From: a virus
Lineage: Duplodnaviria > Caudoviricetes
Reading direction: 5' to 3' (one strand)
Length of the DNA stretch: 45,537 nucleotides
Virus record (IMG/VR): IMGVR_UViG_3300012987_000002
Span: 1-45,537 of that record
Shown piece after piece: positions 32,624 through 41,300 of this stretch. Position numbers and translations under genes: made by a program. Within the stretch, counting starts at the first letter, position 1, and every line of letters starts with the position of its first letter. Under the pieces are notes generated by a model. It saw nothing but the letters and a program-made list of their open reading frames with translations, was not told the DNA's origin and ran no database searches.

Positions 32624-34567
32624 ATGGCAAAAGTTTACAAGACTGAGGATGGCAAGCTCCACAAGAGCCGCCCTAAAGGCGGCTCACAGGGCAACCCTCA
32701 GATCAAGGCTGGCAAGGCTACCGTCCTGAAGTATCTCCAGAAGGGCCTGAGCCAGCGACAGGCTGCTGATGACCTTGGGGTCCACCCGAACACCATCCAG
32801 TACTGGCGGACCTCTGATGAGAACTTTCGCCACGACATGGACCGCATCAAGCTGATGCAACATCCCGAGCAGGCTGCCAAGGCTCGTGAGGAGATGCCGG
32901 AGTTCCCCGAGTTCTGCATGGAGTACCTGGACACTCAGCTCTTCTGGCATCAGCTCCAGTGGTACGACATCCTTGAGGGTCGTGAGCCCAGGGACCTGCA
33001 TCCTTCGCAGGTCTACAAGAAGGGTGACCCGGGGATGACGATTGTCAACACTCCTCCGGAGCACTCGAAGTCCACGACCATCACGGTCAACTACGTGACC
33101 TACAGGATCTGCCAGGACCCGAACATCCGAATCATCCTGGTGTCCCAGACTCAGGAGATGGCTAAGCGATTCCTGCGAGCGATCAAGGATCGCCTCGCCG
33201 GGGCCAACCAGTCCTACAAGAAGCTACAGCAGGCGTTCGCCCCTGAAGGGGGCTTCGATGCCAACTCTGCCTCCTGGACTGCCGACGCCATCTACATCAA
33301 CGCCGAGTCGCGAGACTCCGGCGAGGCTACCCCTACGGTGCAGGCTCTGGGTATGAACGGCCAGATCTACGGTAACCGTGCTGACCTGATCATCCTTGAC
33401 GACACCGTGACGGGGAAGAACGCTCATGAGTTCGAGAAGCAAATCGACTGGATCCAGCGAGAGGTCATCAACCGGCTATCCTACCCGGGTGGCACCCTTC
33501 TGCTGGTGGGAACACGCCTGGCACCAGTGGAACTCTACTCAGAGATACAGAAGCCAGAATGGTATGGACAGGATGAAGAGTCCCCTTGGACTTACCTCAC
33601 CCAACCTGCTGTACTTGAGTTTGCGGACAACCCCGATGACTGGCATGTTCTCGCACCCTGGACCAACCGGCCTCCGGTATCGCTCGGAGCAAGACGTCTG
33701 GTGGAAAAGAACGCAGACGGCCTTTACCCTTGGCACTCAGGAAAGTCTCTAGCCAGACGCCGAGCCACAAGCTCGGCTCAGAACTGGGCCATGGTCTACC
33801 AGCAGGAGCAGGTGACAGCAGATGCCATCTTCCCGCCCGACAAGGTTCATGCTTCCATCGACGGCATGCGTGCCGCTGGCTTTATGCAGAGAGGTGCACC
33901 CGGACATCGGGTCAACGGCATGGATGGACTTTATGTCATCGGCGGCTTTGACCCTGCGATCACAGGCCACTCTGCGGCAATCATACTGGGAGTCGATCGT
34001 GTGTCCGGAGTGCGGTGGGTTCTTGACGTATGGACTAGGCCCAATTGCAAACCTGACGACCTCTTCGACAAGATCAAAGAGTGGACAGTCAGGTACCACG
34101 TGAACGAGTGGGTCATCGAGAAGAACGCGATGAACCTCATGGTCACCCAGAACCGGGATCTCCGGAACTTCCTGGGCAGCCATGGCACCCACCTGCGTGA
34201 GCACTTCACCGGCAACAACAAGAACGATGTGGACTTCGGTGTTGCTTCCATGTCCATGCTGTTCGATGGAGCCAAGGAAGGCAAGGGCCTGATCCGGCTG
34301 CCCAATCGTTCTCAGAACGAGGGAGTCAAGGCCCTGATCGAACAGCTCGTCACCTGGTTTCCCCAGTCCAAGGCCAAGCAGGATACCGTGATGGCCCTGT
34401 GGTTCGCAGAGACCAAAGCTCGTGAGCTGGTCAACAACGTGGAGTCAATCTTCCACGTCTCCTCGGAGTATCAATCAGAACGCGATAGGCAGAAGTCTAT
34501 GGTGATAGACTTGGACTTCTACGCACAGTCAAGCATGGTTGAAGGCAATGGGGAGTGGTGGGGATGA
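32624..34567 (+). CDS. terL: Terminase large subunit with fused N-terminal HTH
   Basis: Walker A PPEHSKST, Walker B IILDD, VGTR coupling motif, nuclease GFDPA and QDTVMALW; N-terminal SQRQAADDLGVHPNTIQYW HTH. Confidence 0.9.
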   Translation: MAKVYKTEDGKLHKSRPKGGSQGNPQIKAGKATVLKYLQKGLSQRQAADDLGVHPNTIQYWRTSDENFRHDMDRIKLMQHPEQAAKAREEMPEFPEFCMEYLDTQLFWHQLQWYDILEGREPRDLHPSQVYKKGDPGMTIVNTPPEHSKSTTITVNYVTYRICQDPNIRIILVSQTQEMAKRFLRAIKDRLAGANQSYKKLQQAFAPEGGFDANSASWTADAIYINAESRDSGEATPTVQALGMNGQIYGNRADLIILDDTVTGKNAHEFEKQIDWIQREVINRLSYPGGTLLLVGTRLAPVELYSEIQKPEWYGQDEESPWTYLTQPAVLEFADNPDDWHVLAPWTNRPPVSLGARRLVEKNADGLYPWHSGKSLARRRATSSAQNWAMVYQQEQVTADAIFPPDKVHASIDGMRAAGFMQRGAPGHRVNGMDGLYVIGGFDPAITGHSAAIILGVDRVSGVRWVLDVWTRPNCKPDDLFDKIKEWTVRYHVNEWVIEKNAMNLMVTQNRDLRNFLGSHGTHLREHFTGNNKNDVDFGVASMSMLFDGAKEGKGLIRLPNRSQNEGVKALIEQLVTWFPQSKAKQDTVMALWFAETKARELVNNVESIFHVSSEYQSERDRQKSMVIDLDFYAQSSMVEGNGEWWG

Positions 34568-34911
34568 CATGCAAGCAGTGTGGCGGCATCATGGTCGCCA
34601 CCCGCAAGAGCTACTGCCAGGATTGCGCACCTAGTGACCGCAAGCACAAGAGCGGAGTTCGCTACAACACTCACTGGGCAAACCTGATTCGCCTGTACGG
34701 CGTAGACAGGCAGATGTGGAATGCCATGTACTTCGATCAAGACGGCACCTGCCTCATCTGCAGCGAGAATGAGGCGAAGGTTCTGGATCACAACCATGAG
34801 ACCGGGAGGCCGAGGGGCCTCCTGTGTCAACCCTGCAATGGCTTCCTCGGATTCGTTGAGGCGCCTGGCAAGCTTGACGCCGCACTCAAGTATCTAGAGG
34901 AGAGCGAATGA
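34564..34911 (+). CDS. Endonuclease VII-like protein
   Basis: QDGTCLIC..LDHNH..RGLLCQPCN; ATGA overlap with the terminase stop. Confidence 0.85.
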   Translation: MTCKQCGGIMVATRKSYCQDCAPSDRKHKSGVRYNTHWANLIRLYGVDRQMWNAMYFDQDGTCLICSENEAKVLDHNHETGRPRGLLCQPCNGFLGFVEAPGKLDAALKYLEESE

Positions 34912-35627
34912 AGTTCAGTAAGGGATTCATCTCAAGGAAGGATCTCGGCTGGCCTGCAAGTGCCGCACCGCTTAAGACCAAAAAGACCCTTGGGGTGAAA
35001 GTCCACTACGAGGGGACCAGGTCTCCGGTTCGGGATCACAGCTACTGTAAGGGGTACTGGAGTGGAATCAGAAACTCCCATCTCGCCAACAAGGCCGAGG
35101 GGTATTCCGATGTCGCTTATTCGCTCGCTGTCTGTCGCCACGGCTATGTCATGGAGGGCCGTGGTGTTGGATACCGCACTGGCGCCAACGGCAATCAGAC
35201 GCTCAATGCGAACCATGACTCAGTCGTCGTCCTCTACGGGACGAACGACAGCGCAGTCTCTGCCGAAGTTGTCCAGGGTCTGAAGGAGGCGATCCAGTAT
35301 CTACGAACCGGTGGTTCGGGTACGGAGATCAAGGGACACCGCGACGGGTACCCTACCCTTTGCCCTGGCGATCCTCTGTACGCATACGTGAAGAATGGCA
35401 AGCTCAACCCAGACCTTAAGGATGATGACGACGTGACCCCTGCTGACATCAACAAGATTGCGGATGCGGTAGTTGACCGTCTTCTCTCCGCCGACAAGTT
35501 CACTGCCCCGAAGGACGCTGCTGACTACAGCGACGATCCGAAGAATCCCCGGCACTACTGGACCGGTCGCTCCGTCTTTGCCGACCTGGTGACCCGAGTG
35601 CGGAGTATCGACAAGAAGCTCAAGTAA
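34908..35627 (+). CDS. Endolysin, N-acetylmuramoyl-L-alanine amidase (PGRP/Amidase_2)
   Basis: VHYE, SDVAYS, MEGRG, GHRD..TLCPG zinc-amidase motifs. Confidence 0.88.
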   Translation: MKFSKGFISRKDLGWPASAAPLKTKKTLGVKVHYEGTRSPVRDHSYCKGYWSGIRNSHLANKAEGYSDVAYSLAVCRHGYVMEGRGVGYRTGANGNQTLNANHDSVVVLYGTNDSAVSAEVVQGLKEAIQYLRTGGSGTEIKGHRDGYPTLCPGDPLYAYVKNGKLNPDLKDDDDVTPADINKIADAVVDRLLSADKFTAPKDAADYSDDPKNPRHYWTGRSVFADLVTRVRSIDKKLK

Positions 35628-35641
35628 CGTAAGGAGGACAC

Positions 35642-37447
35642 ATGGCTAGGGCCTATGAAGAGATCAAGGACCGCGTAGAGTCGCTACGCCGTGCCTCCGC
35701 TGAGCGTGACGCCCGTTGGAACAATGTCTACAGCGTCCGGTCGGGCGACACCGATACGGTCATGCCGGGCTCTATGCCTGAAGCATGGCCGAAGCCCATC
35801 GTTGCAAACCTGATCGACACTTCAGCGCGAGACATGGCAGAAGTCATGGGAGCCATGCCGAGCATCAACTGCTCGGCCGGAACCCTGGTGACCGACAAGT
35901 CCAAGAAGTTCAGTTCCAAGAAGACCAAGATTGCCAACTACTACGTCCAGTGCTCCGGCCTGGACGCGGGCCGTCAGGTGACGGCCGCTGATCACTACAC
36001 CACGTATGGTCAGGTCATCTACTCGATCGAAGCGGACTTCGAGAAGAAGCGCCCGCACATCCGGGTCGAGAACCCGATGGGTACCTATATCGAACGGGAC
36101 ATGTTCGGCCGGGTGAAGTCCCATACCAAGGTGTGGGTAGAGCAGGCAATCCATCTGGTCAACAAGTTCCCCCAGCTCCTCAGAGTTCTTCAGTCCAACA
36201 ATGACCGCCAGTCGGGCGGTCAGGGATGGGCGGAGCGTAAGATCGAAGTAGTCAAGTACTGCGATGCGGATCAGATCGTCATGTATCTTCCGCAGCACGG
36301 TGAGCAGGTTGTCAGCTCGATGGAGAATCCATTGGGCAAGGTCTACATCTCCGTAGGCTACCGCCCCAGCTATGACCGTGAGATCCGTGGTGCATTCGAT
36401 GACGCCATCTGGGTGCAGCTTGCCAAGGCGCGCATGGCACTCCTCGGGCTGGAGGCTACCGAGAAGACTGTACGGGCACCGCTCGCAGTTCCTCGGGATG
36501 TGCAGAAGATGACGTTCGGGGATGACGCAGTCATCCGTACTGACAATCCTGACAAGATCAGGCGAGTCGGTATCGACGTTCCTTCTGCTGCTTTCCAGGA
36601 AGGGCAGATGCTTGAGCAGGAGCTGCGCGTGGGAACGCGCACTCCTGAAGCCCGGAGCGGCAATATGGATGCCAGCATCATTACTGGCCGTGGCGTCCAG
36701 GCTCTGATGGGTGGCTTCAACACTGTCATCTCCACAGGGCAGACAGTCCTCTCCGAGGCTCTGTCGACTGCCATCGAACTCTGCTTCGAGATGGACGAGA
36801 AACTGTGGCCCAAGGAGAAGAAGACAGTCCGTGGAACAGTACAGGGCACTCCCTTTGAAGAGACCTACGTTCCTGCGAAGGACATTGACGGAGACTACAC
36901 GGTCGATGTCACGTATGGCTTTGCGGCTGGGCAGGATCCCGCGAGAGCTATTGTTGGGCTCTTGCAGCTACGCGGTGACCAGCTCATCTCAAGGGACTTC
37001 TTTCAGCGTCAGCTCCCTATGTCCATCGACGTGCAGCAGATGCAGGTTCAGATCGACAACGAGCAGATGGTTGATGCGATCAAGCAGGGAATGATGGGCT
37101 ACGCACAGGCCATCCCTCAGATGGCCTTGCAGGGTCAGGATCCTGTTGAAGCCCTGAAGCGACTGGCTGACATGATCAAGCTCAGGGAGAAGGGCGACTC
37201 CATTCAGGATGCAGTCCTGAAGGTCTTCACTCCCAAGGAGGCGCCTGCGGGCGCTCCGCAGAATCCCATGGAAGCTCTGCTTGCCGGAGCCGGTGGGGGC
37301 GCTCCAGCGGGCGCACAGCCCAATGCAAGCCCCTCCGGACAACCGGGGGCGCCACAGGGTATGGACTTGCAGAGCATGCTAGCTGGTCTGACCAGCGGCG
37401 GTGAGGCAACCATGTCCACACGTACCCAACGGCAATCACCTATCTAG
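35642..37447 (+). CDS. Portal protein
   Basis: 601 aa after terminase, with a Gln/Pro-rich C-terminus typical of podovirus portals. Confidence 0.8.
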   Translation: MARAYEEIKDRVESLRRASAERDARWNNVYSVRSGDTDTVMPGSMPEAWPKPIVANLIDTSARDMAEVMGAMPSINCSAGTLVTDKSKKFSSKKTKIANYYVQCSGLDAGRQVTAADHYTTYGQVIYSIEADFEKKRPHIRVENPMGTYIERDMFGRVKSHTKVWVEQAIHLVNKFPQLLRVLQSNNDRQSGGQGWAERKIEVVKYCDADQIVMYLPQHGEQVVSSMENPLGKVYISVGYRPSYDREIRGAFDDAIWVQLAKARMALLGLEATEKTVRAPLAVPRDVQKMTFGDDAVIRTDNPDKIRRVGIDVPSAAFQEGQMLEQELRVGTRTPEARSGNMDASIITGRGVQALMGGFNTVISTGQTVLSEALSTAIELCFEMDEKLWPKEKKTVRGTVQGTPFEETYVPAKDIDGDYTVDVTYGFAAGQDPARAIVGLLQLRGDQLISRDFFQRQLPMSIDVQQMQVQIDNEQMVDAIKQGMMGYAQAIPQMALQGQDPVEALKRLADMIKLREKGDSIQDAVLKVFTPKEAPAGAPQNPMEALLAGAGGGAPAGAQPNASPSGQPGAPQGMDLQSMLAGLTSGGEATMSTRTQRQSPI

Positions 37448-37455
37448 GAGGATCA

Positions 37456-37692
37456 ATGAGTGAAGCAGGATGGTTCGCGGGAGACCACGGTCCCGAGGGT
37501 GTCTGGCGTAGCGAGAAGGGCTCTATGCTCGCTCCCCACATTCAGATGCCGATGACGTCCGAGGCCATGGGTGACAGCCGTCACCAGACCGACAACGTCA
37601 ACCAGCTCTGGAACACGACTGTCATCGTCTCTACGCCGATGACCGGTGGTGGCGGCGCTACCAAGCAGACGCCCCTTGAGGGACACAAGTAA
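37456..37692 (+). CDS. Hypothetical protein
   Basis: RBS AGGAGG. Confidence 0.7.
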   Translation: MSEAGWFAGDHGPEGVWRSEKGSMLAPHIQMPMTSEAMGDSRHQTDNVNQLWNTTVIVSTPMTGGGGATKQTPLEGHK

Positions 37693-37694
37693 TC

Positions 37695-37907
37695 ATGGAA
37701 GAAGAAGGGATCACCACGGAGTCATACATCAATCCCCGGCTGCACGATAGGTGGTCCCTTCTGACTCTAGGCGTCTCCTTTGTGGGAGACGTCGTGCAGA
37801 TCACTGCTGACTACCTTGCCTCCGCCGCAATGATGGCAGCTCAGCATTCAACCCAGAAGCAGTACGACAAGAAGTTCAGGGAGGTTACCCGTGGCTACTC
37901 CAGTTAG
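37695..37907 (+). CDS. Hypothetical protein
   Basis: ORF within the operon. Confidence 0.6.
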   Translation: MEEEGITTESYINPRLHDRWSLLTLGVSFVGDVVQITADYLASAAMMAAQHSTQKQYDKKFREVTRGYSS

Positions 37908-38316
37908 CGGACCGGGCCAGTTCAGTCAGAGGACTGACAAGGCTGTAGGCAATGCCAACAGTAGTCTCCCCAACGCTGCGTATGGTGAGAACAAGGACTA
38001 CCAGGAGCAGAAGGCCGGAGCCCCCATGGCTGCCAGCCCTGGAGTCCCACAGGACTTGGGAGCCCTTATGGGCTCCATGCGCCCCGATTCGATCGGACTG
38101 GATGCAGAGTCGCAGCAGCCGGATATCCCGGTTACTGACGGAGCTGCAATGGGTGCAGGAGCTGGGCCGGAAGTGCTCGGCCCTCAGCCCGAAGACCCTT
38201 CGGCATCCAGGAACGAATCGTGGCTGATGGCTGCTCTGTACATGGCAGACCAGCCGAACTCAAGTGATGCGGCAAGGAACCTTGTGCGCAAACTGAAAGC
38301 AGACACAGGAATGTAG
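37891..38316 (+). CDS. Putative internal virion protein
   Basis: VSGPGQFSQRTD..AYGE..PVTDGA..GAG; RBS GGAGG. Confidence 0.65.
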   Translation: MATPVSGPGQFSQRTDKAVGNANSSLPNAAYGENKDYQEQKAGAPMAASPGVPQDLGALMGSMRPDSIGLDAESQQPDIPVTDGAAMGAGAGPEVLGPQPEDPSASRNESWLMAALYMADQPNSSDAARNLVRKLKADTGM

Positions 38317-38326
38317 GAGGCACAGC

Positions 38327-41300
38327 ATGGCGCGTTGGTGGGACACAGAAATGGCGAGTGCCGGTCAGGCTCTTGCTTCAGACCCGTCGATGGGCTTTGA
38401 CGTTGCGACTACTCCTGACCAGGTTTTCAATGGTCAGGTTCCTGGCCAGCTCAAGTATGAGGCCAAGTACACTCAGGGCCAGTACGAGGACGACAAGGAA
38501 GATGTCCAGCAGAAGCGATCCGGATTCCTGGGTGCCATCCTGAACTTTACCGACAAGGCTGACGATGTAGCCAACTCGGTGACTGGTGGCATGTGGGACA
38601 AGGTGCAGGACAACATCCTTGCCCCTGTGGGCAAGGCTGTCTGGTATCCGGTTGACAAGCTTGCTACCGGAGCCCACTGGCTGTACTCGAATGTCGTCAG
38701 CCGACCGCTGTCCATGATCCTTCAGATGGATGCCCAGGCTGCACTTGATGCAGATCCCAGCATCATGTTTTCGGGCAAGGCTTGGTCGGATGCCTGGGAT
38801 CAGGCAGAGAACATCTCGCCTGGTCAGGTTGTTACCAACGCAGCACTGACCGGCATTGCCCGTGGAGACATTGGCCCCGTCGCTCCCTTCATGAGTGACG
38901 ACGTTGAGAAGCTTCAGAACATCATCAAGGAATCCCAGGTCGGCAAGGATGCACGCGAGCGGAACACCGCTCGCTTGATCCAGGACACCGACTACTGGCG
39001 GGACAAGGCAGGATGGACATACACCGCTGGCTCCGGAACTCTCGACTTCATGTCGGTGATGTTCCTGGATCCCAGCACCTACCTGACTGCTGGCGTCAGC
39101 TCTGCCGTCAAGGGCGTCCGCTCTATCAAGTACATCGAACAGGGTGGAGAGCTTGTCCGTGATCAAGGCAAGGTCGTGCGGGGCGCCAAGGCCCTCGTAG
39201 GCAAGAAGCCTCAGACGGTCGAAGAGGTCGCTAGCGGCAAGAAGATGAATGAGTTCTTCGACTGGGTCACCAGCGAAGGCGCTAACGGCGCCGCTCGCAA
39301 GACTGAAGCGGAGATCGCATCGCATCCCATCTTCGGTCGTGGACGTCGGGCTGCTGTTGCCAAGAACCAGCTTGCATCCCTGATGTCCAGGGCTTCTCGT
39401 GATGACCTGCCCCTGATCTACCGATACTCCGTCGGCGACCAGAGGGCCGCCGCTGAACTGATGGCCAAGGGCTCGAACAGCCTGGACGACATCGGTCGCG
39501 TCATGGACAACCGGAAGCTCGTTGGATCGGTGAACTTTGAGCCTGCACTGCTTGCCTACTTCGCAGAGAAGGAAGGCGCCAAGGTAGCAGCAGGAGCCGA
39601 GCTGAAGCCGCCTCTGGTTCTCAGCCCCGAGGCTACTGGTCTTCACGAGCAAGCCGCCAAGGCTGTACTTGAGGCCAGCCCGAAGATGAAGATCAATGCC
39701 GCTGGCACTGTCTCCAAGTCCTTCATCAAGCAGGCGAACACATGGAAGGCTTCTCAGGTTGATATGGTCAACCAGGAGCTTGCCAGGGCTGAGGGCATCG
39801 GCACGATGCTCCGGTCCGCTCTCGCTGAGAACCTTGGAGCTGAAGACTTCAGCACCGCAGTCAAGGGCGCTCACCTCTTCGGCTCGCTGCCCCAGGCTTA
39901 CCGCATGGGCAATGGGGCTTTCCGTTCCACGACCAAGGCGGCTGAGAAGAAGTTCGCCAACAAGATGGCAGACCGTAGGGGAGTCTTCAGTACTGAAGGT
40001 CTGCGCAGGGGATTCCTTGGGACTCCAGTCCGGATGCTTCAGGCATTCGGTGACAGGACTCCGGTCGGTCGCATCAATCACAATGACGCCGACGCGGGAG
40101 ACCGCGTCTACGAGATGCTTCGAGAGGTTCCCGCGCTGGGGGCCGATCAGCGCTCCAGCCTACTGAACAAGTACCTCACGGCGGGCGACAAGACTGCGAA
40201 GTCCAGGGCCCTCGATGAGATCCACGGTGAAGTCATGAACCACATGGCTCAGCGTGTGCATGGTCTCGACCCCGAGATTGCCAACATCTTCCAGGGCATG
40301 ACCAAGGTCGGCATTGCCGACACCGTCAACAAGCTGGCCGGTAAGACTGTCGGGTCCAGTAAGTTCGGTACCAAGCAGGCGTTCTCCTCCGCCATGGATG
40401 AGGGTGCCGCCAAGACTGTTGACCACATCGAGGACGGCGTAGGCTGGAGCGTCAGCCCACTGGCCAAGACTCAGCTTTCCCAGACTGACAGCCTTCTCCC
40501 GATCAAGGAGATCAACCGGGTTCTGGCAAGGAACTCCGGAGGCATGAAGACCCTTCGCCGCATGGGTGGCTCTGCTGCCGATGTGACTCGAATGTTCGCA
40601 GACAATGCGAACACCATCTGGAAGGCGTCTACTCTCCTCCGCCCTGCCTACACGGCCCGAATGGTTTCCGAGGAGCTGGCCGCTGCTGCTATCAAGTTCG
40701 GCTTCCTGTCGCACATCATGGCTAGCGGCACCAAGGGCAGTACGAACTTTGTACTAAACCGAGGCCAGTGGCTCAATGCAGAACTTGGGAACGTTAGCGG
40801 TCGGGTGGCTGAGAAGCTTGGAGCTGAGAAGGTTGCCGCCAAGATAGGCGGCTCCTACACTCCTTCCACGGGGGCGGGTGTTGACTCCAGGCTTGCAGTT
40901 GTGAACCTGGGCGATGATGAGGTCATCGCTTCTGCTAAGGCTCGTCGTGCTGCACTTGAGAAGGAGATCGCAGCTGCCCAGGCCAAGCCCAAGAACCCTG
41001 CCAGGATCGCTGAGATCCAGACGGCAATCAAGGGAACCAAGAAGCGCAAGGAGATCGATGCGCTCAGGGCAGAACTGAAGACCATTCACAGTCAGCCCGA
41101 AGTTGATTCTCTCAAGGCTCAGCTCGCTGCCGTCAAGACTACTCGCATCCGGGTGAACAAGGCGCTGCCCGTCATTGATGCTCGCATCAAGATGGAGCGT
41201 GAAGCTCAGGGCAAGCTTCAGCAGGAGCTGGCCCGATTTGAGAAGAAGCGCAAGAGCATCTTGGACAACAACGCTGGCAAGCCTATGAGCAATCGTTCCG

